DNA of 38,221 bases from Paraglomus brasilianum (Eukaryota). Both the position numbers and the translations under genes were made by a program. Below, piece after piece: positions 10,013 to 22,359 of the stretch. Within the stretch, counting starts at the first letter, position 1; each line of letters opens with the position of its first letter. Below the pieces are notes generated by a model. The model saw only the letters and a list, made by a program, of their open reading frames with translations, searched no databases and had not been told where the DNA came from. The DNA lies in contig CAJVPI010000262.1 in assembly GCA_910592345.1 (NCBI GenBank), forward strand, positions 1 to 38,221. The letters run 5' to 3'.

Positions 10013-13000
10013 ATAAATTGAAGTTGTTCATTATAAATGACAAGTACTTGTTGTGTGAATTAATGGTTTCCCTCCAGGGTCGTAAGAAAATTTTGATTCT
10101 CGGATATGTTTCTTCAACGCGGCGTTCGTTTGGTTAATTGACCAAATTTTGATAGAGACTGCCTGACGTGGCGTCATGTTACTTTTACAATACAAGTGTA
10201 GGTGTGTTGAGATCTCGTAACGGTATTTGTTGTTGAATACGCAATAAGTTACTTTTGGTATTATTTTGTTTGAATAGAGAGATAGTCTCTTGTGTTGGTT
10301 ATCGCAGAGTGGTATAGTTTTTGATTTTAAAATTGTATCCGGTAAGCGTTTGTGAGGTTGCATCGGGGGGTTATTTATAGGAATTCCTTTTTCTTTTGTT
10401 GCTTTGAGATAAATGAGTAAACTAACCAATTAAAAATATGACCTTACCGGATCGCTATCCGCAAATTTTCTACATTTGTCGAATTACGCTAGTGGCGCAA
10501 TTGTTTTGGAAGGGGTGAAAATGAAAGGGAGTGGTTTACCTAATTAGAACGTTCTATGTTGCAATACCCGAAGGAACATTTCTAAAACCGATTGTCATTG
10601 ATTTATCACAAACGTTTTGTTTATTCATATATGCCTATGTTGTTATATTTATCGGAGATATTATTCGAGCCATGGGATTTTATATCCGAACTACTATTAT
10701 CAATTATACTACCTGTTCGATAACATCAATCGAGTTTCTAGTCACGTTAAATTAATTAGTGCGCAGTTTCTTACATTGGTAATGTCGTGCGGCTGTTGGT
10801 GGTGGTGGTCGTAATACTCTGATATTTTATTCTTGTCTCCCGTTCGAAATAAACAACTCGATATTTTATATTGCATGGCTCTGCTTTAGAGAATGTGTTG
10901 GGTAATAATTTATTCATGGCTGTTAGTTATTAAAAATATTATCGTATTTACCCTTAACGAGATGTTCTTCTGAACAGCATCGAATCGAGACAGATATACA
11001 ACCATACTTGGTTGCTAATTTCACATCTACCAAAACGAAGGAAAGCGGAAATTTATCATTTGCGAACAAATGGATTACATTAAACCAAAACACTTTGCCT
11101 AGCATTGCCATTCAAATAGTAGCATTTAGCTATTTAATAATTGGAACTTAAGCTTAGTTGTGTTGGCGAAGAAATCGGTTTCCTTTTTTAGTTACAACAC
11201 TGCTTTTAGTCATAATGTTCATTCTTACTATGAAATTGGTATGACAGTCATAATATTTGAATATCAAGTTTTGACGGGGTATCGTAAAGTATGTAATGCA
11301 AATGCGGATAAAACCATACAGAATTTTCTCGGTATTAGTATCTTAACCAGTTTGTTGTTTACTTACTATTACATTTATATCAAACTGTCCATTGTGACGT
11401 CATTTTGGTTGTACATACATTTAATTAAAATTTATTGTATGTATTAGTATGTATATAGCAAGAAAGACTTTCGACAAATAATTAAAAATTGACAATGGAG
11501 AAACAATGATAATAACACACATTGTCCCATGAATCTTTTTAAGATCCAATGTTTCGCGATTTGAAGTAATTCGATGGCCTTCTAAGAAAAGACGATAGTG
11601 TAACTGAATGACGTTATTTTAGCACGCTTCGTCATTGTTTGTCTGATAATTACAAATAGCCGAAGCTTGCAGTCAGAGACCCACGCAATTAAACAATAGA
11701 GAGCCTTCTTTGCAGTAAAATTTAATTTCGAATGTTTGGGTCATGCGCTGTTGTATGACTTACCATTGTTATGCATGACCAATTTGGACGTCGAGATGCA
11801 GCTTGCTCTTTTTTGTCGGAACATTACGAGTTAGTGCGGTAATATGCTGGTATAAACATTGCATCATGATGCCTTCCCTGCTTGCTTTCGAGCGTATACA
11901 ACAATGACTTTTTGTTAACTCGATTGTTGTCAAACAAATCTGTGATGCATTTGTAACCAAGCGAAGTAAAAAGATCATGTGCTATATAGAAAGCAGAATT
12001 TTTTTTGCACACCCAAATAGAACATATCACTATCATCAAACATTACTTTTTCATCGTTGTTTCTCTTTATCTTGTTTATAACATAAAAAAATTTTATTGT
12101 CCATTAAATGGTCAGTACAATCTCAACCAGTGTAGTTGTTACCGCTCGCGCGCTTAACAGCCATATAGAATCATACATAATTGCTTCGGTCTATTATAAT
12201 TTTTAACAGACTTTCACCAACCCAATTGGCCACCTTCTTGGGCTTGACGACCTTTGCTGTAAATTCACAACTTGTTCTCGAAAAGCGTTTTTCATGTCAA
12301 TGTTGAAAAATAAAGCGAGCTTCTTTCAGTCATTGAAAAGTGTCTAATAATATACTGCAAACAGATAGTTTGTCCACAGTCAATTGGCAAGGCTGAACCG
12401 TTACTTAGAGAAGTGATAAGCCTTTTCACCCGGTAAAAAACATCCAGAAAGGTGTCTCGCAAAGAAAAGATCACTACCAGCAACGCATACAAGCTTTTTC
12501 ACAAGCCAAACCAATGACCGCCTCGATCAATATTAGAGTATTCAATACGTAACGTAATTCATTGGCCAAAAAATTATCTGAATTTGTTCACTTTGGCAAC
12601 AAGGTATTATATTTCCCACTATTACTTCTTTCATTTAGTGGCGGCGTGATGCACAAACATAAGAGTCGACCAGGCCAATGGTGACTGCATGGTTAGAAAG
12701 TACAAGTCGTACAACTTGGTATGCCATTCAAAGAAAATAACATTGTGCATATGTCATTTCCCTTTTCTCGTCAACGTTTATACGTGAATGAGTCATTATT
12801 AGGCCATTCCTTTCTTGCATACGATCATACCAAGGTTTGCAATAAACTGTCTGTCAAGAAACTACTAATTCTCACCGGCGGTTTCCGATATCAAAGACCT
12901 TTGGCTTAATTACTCCATTGCGAGGTATCGCTGGTGTGGAGCATGAGATGGAGTTGCCATGTGTATTGTCCGAGATATGGTGAGTATATGATAGTCAGCA

Positions 13001-13961
13001 ATATTTAAGTATAAACGCATTTCTTAAGATAATATTCTTACATACCGCATATTATCCATTCCATTCGAGGCTTACAGTTCTTGATGTTTGTAGTTGCCAT
13101 CATCGCGTTAATAATGTGCTACGTAAAAATTAACAAGCAAGTTATACGCACGGATTGCTGGAAAATGTTAATGGATTGGCCTGTTATTCGAATCCCATTG
13201 AGAAAAATCCCCGAATAGTATGCCTCAACGAATAAAAATATGTATTTTCAATAATGGTTGGCCAACAAAATACTAGATATTTTATTACGAAATAAAAGCA
13301 TTTTTCAAGAAACCGCGCAAACTTATGTACTGTATGTGAGGGCATGTAAATGTGCAATCCAACACAGCTTGCTCTTGCAACAATTCTGTTTTATCTTGAG
13401 CCATGAAAGTAAGTTTTTATTATTAAGATATTTCTACTATATTAGCGATAGGAATTCTATTCTTAGGCATATATTTAGTTCCGCCACTAATATCATTACC
13501 TTGAATAGGCTCGTTGCACAATTTATTTGCAACTAATAACTTTTCATTATTACCTTACTTACTATGATATAAATAGTACGTCTTTGGCAGAATGTCTGGG
13601 GTTGATACATGTAAAAGAAGAGTCGATACGCGTGTGGATATGTAGGGTTCTTGGGATTATAACTGGGCAGAGGAGAACTAGGCAGAGGGGAAAATGTATG
13701 TGTGAATAGTTGAAATCAGAAGTGGTGCGTATGGGTATATAATAGGCGCATCTAGACAGAGAGCTATTCCGGCCTTGTATTAACATGTCTTCAAAACGTG
13801 TTAACTATAGTGAATATATTCTCTTGATAAATATCTATACATCATCTCCATCAATACGACATAATACCACAGCGACATTACGATCGTATCAAATTAGAGT
13901 ACGTTTTTTAATTACATTCTCTATCGTCGGTTTCTAATCTGTGGATGCTATTCTCTTCCAT

Positions 13962-16900
13962 TCAGTGTGATATATACTCAAAAACGTATGAAACGACTCC
14001 ATTGTTCGCTTCTTCTCTTAATATCGAATCGTGTATGTTCTCGAGATCATCACTTCCAGTAAAATGGTTCCATCTACGAGACAATGAAAGTTTAGTAGAG
14101 TTCATCTCATACAATTCTCCTCTTGCTACTGGCTATTAATACGTTTGCTACCTTCGTCCTTTATCTTTATTCACCCGATGCTCTACTTACGTGCTTGTGT
14201 CTCCATAGTTCATGCATTTACTCGCCTCGTTCTGCACACCATCAATACATCTCGAACATTTAAAGGTGCCGTGAGTCTCGCAAATAGTATCAGGGTTAAA
14301 CTGAAACAATTGCCGAAGAGATTCCAGTGAGAAATGGCGTTCAACTTCTGCATCTTCGTCCACCACACAGGATGAAAGAGATTGTTTATGAGATTGACGT
14401 TGGAAGATTTTCTCTTCGATGCTTCCGGTTCCAATGAATCGATAGACAAAACCTAAGAACACATAGCGAAAACGGTATGTATAAGTATAAAAATAAAAAA
14501 AGAAAAGAAAGCGGTAATTGCATTAATATTGAGGTCGCTTACAGTCTTTCTTTTGACCATCTCTCCATACGCGCGCTAGGGCCTACGAGTGTGATTTAAT
14601 GATTAAATTTGCATTTCATGAGCGTAATTAGCATATCGTCAATATTTGCGTTCAAGTAGAATAGAAACCCTACCTGTTGGTCCGCAGCCGGATTCCAATC
14701 TACAATAATAATGCACAATCTGTGATTCATTTCCTTTTACCGCCATCCCATCTCACCACTCGCAACCACAACTAACCTGGATCAAACAGTATTAATCGAT
14801 TGGCACCAATTAAATTGAGTCCACATCCGCCGGCTTTGCTGCTGAGTAAGAATACAAACTCTTTCCCTTCTGGGTCGTTAAATCTGTCTACCAGCTTCTG
14901 ACGCTTCTGTATCGACATTGAGCCATCGAGTCGCAAGCAGCCATACCTATGGATAAAGGAAGAATGAATTAAATTCTAACCTTATCATAGAGACTTGAAC
15001 AAAAAGATAGAATGACTGTATTATCACTTTCTGTTGCGACATAATTTCTCGAATAAGTCAAGTGTCTGAGTATAGTTTGATATCAAAACAATCTTATCAT
15101 CTGTTTCGTTCCGTATCTTTTCTAACATCCTATATTAAACATAGTAATTAGTAGCGAATTAACCAGTAAAGCGAAATTCATTCTCGGATGGTATATACGT
15201 CTCGGAGGCGAACCTGGCTAAAATTGTCATCTTGCCCGAGAACTCTGGTCTCACATGTCGCACCTTCTCCTTAATTGAATAGCCTTCAGGAAAACAGCGG
15301 TCTGATCCAGAGAGATCTCGTGGTAAATTGAGAAGATCGGGATGGTTGCAGAGTTTCTTTAGCATAGTGATAGCTGCGTGTGAATTTGTATTGTAAAATT
15401 TTAAGCAAGATTTTCATCCAGCATTAATTAAATGGGAATTCAGACAAACCTTTCAGCGGCTGCGAGCCAACTCCGCGCAACAGACACTTAATTTCTGGAG
15501 ACGTCAAGAATAAATTGTAGAGCTTGGTCTGGAATTCACTTAGCCTACAGAAGACTACATGCTCGTATTTCACGGGTACTACAACGTGCAACACATTAGT
15601 ACCTTTATCTCGCTTCAAACGCATCATCGATTTTATCTCGAAACTTACAGTATTTTGATAGTATATCATTCGTCCTTCTTATTATAAATTTACTGACAAA
15701 TCCCCATAATTCTGTCAGCTTTTGATCGCTTAGTTCCCGTTCAGTACTGCTGGCATCTGCATCACGACCACGTAAAATGGGGATTTCGTAGTTTTTTCGG
15801 AATTCAGCCGGGGTGCCCAGTAGCCCAGGATTAGCAAAGTTCAATAAGGAGAAGTATTCCGACAAGTCGTTCTTATTTAAGAATGATGTTGCGTGTTGGA
15901 AAAAAGGATAGTAAGTACCCTATATTTATGCTTGCGGTCTTCCTTAGCCAGGCCACATAACAAAGACGCGTACTTGTATGGGTGTTCCGGACAGTATTAC
16001 GCGTCGTTGTACTTGTAAAGAGTCTAGCGCCTGGAATGTCAATGAATCTGTCGGAAGAAATAATCCATGTTTAATGTTTATCAAATATAGCCAATAGATC
16101 ATAGACAATACGCACTTGAATTCTTTAATCTATGACCCTCATCGCATAACAATAAACCAATTTGACAGTTCTGTAGCTCGGCTATGTGAGTACGAAGTGT
16201 CTCATAAGATATTATCAGTACTAAAAGATAGATGGTTAATTAAATCTATTGAAACGTCCGTATTGAGAATAAACTTCAACGGACGAACCTGGATTCATTA
16301 TGGAACGCCCTTGTGCGCTCGCAAAATGCCTGAGATCTCGGATTAAACTTTCCTTCATGCCTTTGTGGTCGACAGCCAACGGACGTATTTTAGTCGCACC
16401 CAACCATTTCACTACGCGTGTATAGTTAATGAAGAAATATATTAATAGCTTGCTTAACGTGCAGGCGCCAGCATCATTCTGAATTATTGGAAAACACAAT
16501 ACCCAACTCATTCGCCCAGTTACGCACCAAACTTGAAGGACAGGCTATTATGCACTTGTCAATGGTGCCTTTACTCGGCTCGGGAGATTGGCGAAGTAGA
16601 GTCCAAAGGAGAGCAATACATTGTAGCTGATTAAAATACAAAGAGTTGATGAAAACCATTAAACAATCAATACCGATAACAGCATTATGAATGCTTACGG
16701 TCTTGCCAAGACCCATTTCGTCTGCCATAATACACCTGAATGCAAAGCGTAAGAACTGTCAATATGTATGTTTTGCCAAGTTAAACTAATGCTCATACTA
16801 ACCCGAAGGTGTTTGGTACCAATCGACCCGTTGTGCATTTATAAAGAAACTGTTGATAGGTTTACACAGAATTTTTTTTTTCTCGATAAGCCGGTAATCT

Positions 16901-17748
16901 ACAGGTAATGCTGCCATACACATAAACTCTAATCATCGTACCTTCACGCCCTCGACCTGATGAGGACGAAGAACACTCGACAGACAAGGATCTAATCAGT
17001 TGTTATTAATATCGTAAGTCCAAGATGTTTACTCCTGGCACTTTTTTCCTATTGACCTCAGATCAACTCAAACGAATAACGCATTATTTCCGTTCATACC
17101 TACAACAACGTGAACCTTCTTATGCTTAACTACTCTGATGCCTAAAATATCCGCAACAGATTTGGCCTTTATCACAGGCTTTTCCTCTTTTGGTTGCTCT
17201 TTCCCCTCCTTCGCATCCTCCTCCGGATCATATAATATAAGTGCATCTTCTGCTTTATGGTCATACAAACAAGTTCTTGTACTAAACAGCTCTCTAGAGC
17301 GTATTCCCAGCGTCCCAATGTTTGTGTTTTCCGTAGAATCCATCCCATTAATCACCTTTTTTGCAAAACTAGGTATTTTAAACTTTGAACCAAGAACTTT
17401 TATCGGATCACGAACGGTGAATTTATCTGTGCGTTTCCTCGTAATCGGATTAGTGTTTGTAGATAGATTAGATAATGGTTTTCTCACTGAATTTGATGAT
17501 TTGACCTTTTTGCGGGGAGTTCCAGAGTGAAAATCACTGCTGCTATCGCCATTACATGAATCTCCATTTTCTGATGCATGACTACTATCACTATCGTCGG
17601 CATAAGTAGATACTGACCGAGAGCGTTTACTCATATTTCTTTCGGAAGATTTCACGGATTTAAACTTGATACGGTTTTGATTCTTATCGTCTTCGGGCTG
17701 ATGTTTGAAGGGCGTTTTAAAAGGTTGCCTAAGTAATTGACGCTGCAT
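13962..17748 (-). CDS. RAD54: DNA repair/recombination SNF2-family ATPase Rad54 (about 17 exons)
   Basis: Spliced translation gives [26 protein letters not shown] (motif I), [25 protein letters not shown] (motif II), [107 protein letters not shown] and a C-terminal YISH-stop (TGA at 13964-13962). About 16 GT-AG introns, e.g. 17099-16992, 16941-16850, 14190-14074. Confidence 0.96.
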
Positions 17749-18031
17749 GATTTGAGGGTTTATTGATAAGATATGGTTTATTGTGTGATTGTGACTGATA
17801 ACTTAGTTTTGTGAGCGAAAGTTAAAAATATACGCGTTTCGTGTTCCACATATCGCGTGACCGTGAGGCTTGCTGCGGAATGACAGTTTCGTCCATCTGC
17901 TGCGTAATGTTTTTTTTTGAATTCGATCCATGTCTGCGGATTACAGCGGGCGTCAATTTACTATATATCTGCCCACACCTCGCAGTAGACGCAAAAGAGC
18001 TTGGAAGTTGTCTAGTAAAAGAGAATAAAAC
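17749..18031. promoter_or_regulatory. 283-bp divergent promoter between RAD54 and ATG9, containing an MCB-type ACGCGT site (17832-17837) and a second CGCG core nearby
   Basis: Start codons at 17748 (-) and 18032 (+). TACGCGTTTC and ATCGCGTGA lie 80-110 bp upstream of the RAD54 ATG. ACGCGT is the known fungal G1/S MluI cell-cycle box. Confidence 0.55.
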
Positions 18032-21000
18032 ATGTCAGATCATAGTCGGCAAATATCTGGTGATTCGCCGTACGTTCCCTTTCAAGACGAAGACGACGAC
18101 GATTACATTGAAGGAGGCTTATCAAACAGCTATAAATTGCATTCAAAAGGTTCGAGAACAGCAACACGCAAAACACCTTCTCGATCAGCCTTATTTTCGG
18201 GCCGAAACCATCAATATCAGAGCGTCCAACCTAACGACATAGCAGACGAGGACTACAATGAACTCGATGAGGCACCAGCGTCATTAATGGTTGAAATACC
18301 CCGAACGATAAACGAGGGTATAAATACACAATCAAATAGGCCTCGTTGGTTTCCCAACTTTGGCCCACGACATAATCAACAGAGTCCTCATATGAGACCC
18401 GGAATGAATATCAAGGATTTGACAATGTGGAGATGGACGAACGTTGAGAATCTGGACAATTTTCTTGGACAGGTCTGATTCGTTGATATAGGATTATTTC
18501 TGTCTTGTGTTGGACAGTCCGATTTGGATCTTTGAGCCGATCTTGTGTTTTTTTTAAACGTTTAGGTATACGCTTATTACCAAGGGCACGGCATATACTG
18601 CATTTTGCTCGGCAGGCTATTAAACATATTGTGAGTCCATGCGAGCTTGATTTGTGATTTTCTTGAAATTCTTGCTCTGATGACTTTTTTCGCATTTTGA
18701 AATATTTGTAGGAAATTCGCATTTGTCGTATGTTTCTCGACATTCTTGGTCGGTTGTATAGACTATCCCAAGCTAGGCCCCAGTCATAGGCTATCTGATG
18801 TAGTGATTCCACAATGCATAAGCCAGTAAGTCATTTGGCATAAGCGTTTCTGTAATTTATCAACAAGGTAGACCCTAGTAATATTCGCATCTTTTTCAGG
18901 TTGTCAGGCTCGACGAAATGGTTTCTCTTTATGTGCATGTGTTTCTGGGTGTGGCAGGCAATACGACTAGCTTTGGACGTTCGTGAGCTTACTGAAATGT
19001 ATAATTTCTATACTTATCTTCTGGAAATACCGGATGTAAAGATTGCAAGCTTTTTCTTCTTCTTGTTCTGCCTCTGCAAGTAACATTATACTGATTTATT
19101 GAACACCGATTGTTAGGCTGACATACAGACAGTATCGTGGCAGAACGTAGTTAACCGGATAATGAAAATTCGTAACAATAATCCTACGACGATACAGGGT
19201 CAGCATCTTAAAGAGAGTCAACAACGCCTTGATGCTCACAACATTGCCAACAGAATAATGCGACAAGAGAATTATCTTATTGCGTTATTTAACAAGGATC
19301 TATTGAATTTATCAATACCCTTTCCTTTCTTGAGGGGGAAACAAATACTTACGAAGACATTAGAATGGAATTTGAATTTCTGCATAATAGATTATGTTTT
19401 CAACAATAGAGGCCAAGTAAGAAAACGGTTTGTCAAGGACGTAAGACAGAGAGAACAGTTGATAAGAGGGTGGGTATGAACGAGTTAACAAGTCAATTAT
19501 GTAAATTTTCGCTGAAGATGATAGTGGTTGCTAAATATACACGTATCTTTACCGTCATTAGTCTACGTCGCCGATTTATTTTTATGGGACTCATGAACCA
19601 TCTTGCCGCACCCTTTATTGTCATATTCAATTTGATAACATTCTTTCTCGATCACTTGGTGGTAAGCAATAATCACTTCACACTTACCTCGGAGAAAGCA
19701 TACTTTATGGCTGTACTTAGTAGGCTGTTACATTGTAGAAATTCCGGTTTAACCCGACAGAAATGATGTCACGTCGATGGTCGCCCTTTGCTCGATGGAA
19801 GTTCCGTGAATTTAACGAATTGCCTCATTTATTTGAAATGCGATTGAACCACAGTTACGAGCATGCCAGTAAATATCTAGACCAATTTCCAAAGAAGAAA
19901 ACGGTTCTATTCATGAAGTAAGTGTATTGTTTGCATAATAATACAGTGCCTCCGGCGCTTTAGCTTGAAACTAATGTTTCTCTCGTCAACTCAGATTCCT
20001 TTCTTTCGTAGTCGGCTCCTTTACGGCCATCCTTTTAATACCAACAGTCATACATACAGAATTTGCGCTAAATTTCGAAATAACTCCCGGGAAATCATTA
20101 TTTTTCTATTTCGGTGTGTTCGCGTCTATATTTGCTGTGATTACCAAATTAATTCCAGATGAGACCGAGGTTGTCAATGCGGAAGAGACATTGAAGCGAG
20201 TCGTAGAATATACGCATTACATGCCGAGTGAGTGGAAAGAGAACCTGCATAAAGATAAGGTTTGTTGGCACCTTTTGGTGTAGCAATAGTGCAAGAGTTA
20301 TACTTTACAGGAATTGCATTAATAATATTATGCTTTAACAGGTCCGAAAAGAATTCGGATCGATGTTTGAACTGAAAGTGGTGTTAATACTCCAAAATAT
20401 CCTGAGTGTCATTTTTATTCCGTTCATTTTATGGCTCTCGTTACCTGACTGCAGTGAACAGATTGTCGATTTCTTTCGAGAATTCACTGTTCATGTGGAT
20501 GGCGTCGGGTACGTGTGTAGTTTTGCCGTATTTGACTTTAAGAGACACGGCAATGTGAAGGTAATTGATTATGCAATGTGGAAGCAATTGATAGCGCATT
20601 ATACTTTTTGTGAAACTTGTTTTTTGTGTGATATGGTGGTTACTAAGCGTGTGGTCTCATCGCTTTCTTAGTATGGTGCGCCAACTGAAGTGGCCAACGA
20701 ATATTATCTCTCGAAAGAAGGAAAGATGGAAAAGAGTTTTCTGAACTTTAAGGTACTGTGATATTGAAAACTTGTTGGTTTTCGCTATTACACGATATTT
20801 ACATAGTTTTCTACGTTTTACAAAATAATTAGGCCAATCACCCCGATTGGGAACCCACAGACCCGTCTGGCTCGATGTACTTGAGCCGCCTTGCAGAATT
20901 CAATAATCAAATACATCACGATCGTACGAGTAAACTCCGCGAATCAAATGTTGACTATACTCCTACACGTCACAATCGTCGTAATAGCACAGTTCATTTC

Positions 21001-21345
21001 AACACCCATGGATACTCTAATAGCATATCGCATCCGCCAAATTATTCTCATGCCTACCGTTCATCTCTCGCTAGTAATATCAATGATTCGTTAATAACTG
21101 ATCAAGGAGGGCCCAGTCATGGGTATCATCAGCGCCATGCCTATGCTACTACTAGTGAACCGTTGAACTCGTTCACCAGTGAAGAGAACCATGCGAGTGA
21201 ACTTGGTGATAGTTATTTGGTGACTGGTGGCAAGGACGGTGGTGACGGAACATTATCGGATTCAGCAGAGCAAGATCAACCTAGAGAGGCTGGTGTTTTC
21301 GCGTTGTTGGGTCAATTGTATGAGCATAATAATGCCACAATGTAA
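18032..21345 (+). CDS. ATG9: Autophagy protein Atg9, a lipid scramblase (about 11 exons)
   Basis: [126 protein letters not shown] and [14 protein letters not shown] are hallmark Atg9 motifs. Exons are joined by GT-AG introns; stop TAA ends at 21345. Confidence 0.96.
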
Positions 21346-21446
21346 CATGGAGAGAATAGGCCTTCTAATATAGGGTGTAATTTGTTTTATTGCAGGAAAA
21401 TGTATAAGATAGGATATTTGACAGAAGAATAAGCATTTTAGAGTAT

Positions 21447-22294
21447 TTAATCCGGACTTTTATTTAATAGACTGTTCTCGTCAAGAGGATGATTTGCATC
21501 TAAAGTTTTTAATTCGGCTTCCAACTTGTCCAAGATTTTGCCTATATCGCCGACAGCCAAATCCCCCCTCAAGAATACAATTTTTGGTGGCTTTTTCACT
21601 TTGATCTGTTGCTGTACAATATTTCGAAGTGATGCGACATGTTCCCTCATTTTATGCTCGATATCTAGCGTAGTTACCGTTCCTTGTGATTCCGCTTTCC
21701 ACCAAACTTGTGCAGTGCGAAGATTAGGTGTCACGCTAACGTTTACTATCTTTACAAATGGTGAACCAAGATACGCATGTGGTAATGCGAGCTGAGACTT
21801 TACCAAGGCGCGTTGGACACGATTTATGAGGTTTTGTTGTTGAGGAGATAAATCGCGTTGTGATTCAGATTGGCGATGATCTTTGGATTTGAAAACATCT
21901 TCCCCTCGGTATTTGCGTGCGCTAACTCTTTTGATCGACTATTGTTTGAATGTATTGTTGAGAAATAAGCATATTTTAGAGTTTATGTACTTACAATTTT
22001 GGTTGGCTTGTTTGTAATTGTATTGTCGCATACCTCGCTACCATAGTTAGCTGTAAAATAAGCTTCCTTCTTCAATTGCCGTCTATTCTTTTTTATAAAT
22101 TTCAGGTATTTTCCAGGAATTTGATATGTTTTTAGGATGTCATCTCGATATTCTTCGAGTATGTTATTATTTCGTTTGTTTGAAACCACATATCTACGTC
22201 TGAGTATATTACAGAAGCCCGTCCTAATATTAAAAGGCGACCAGCGAATTCCGAGCACACTGAAAACATTACCACTTTGCAACTGCGTAAACAT
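21447..22294 (-). CDS. RBFA: Ribosome-binding factor A-like protein, probably mitochondrial (2 exons: 22294-22034 and 21938-21447; about 250 aa)
   Basis: ATG at 22294; GAG|GTATGC donor and CAATAG acceptor join in frame. The C-terminal part FVKIVNVSVTPNLRTAQVWW...LRNIVQQQIKVKKPPKIVFLRG matches the RbfA KH-like pattern (V..V.VS.DL..A.V / LR..L......R..P.L.F). The N-terminus is Arg-rich and acid-poor, like a presequence. Confidence 0.75.
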
Positions 22295-22359
22295 CTTTCA
22301 CTTCGATCGCCAAGTGGCACCCTGATTTTTTGTCGAATTTGATACTTATTGATCAAGAA

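Noticed and set aside
12380..12480. LINE reverse-transcriptase-like KGVSQ motif
   Set aside because: It lacks the following GDPLSP and YADD motifs and is too short to support a call.
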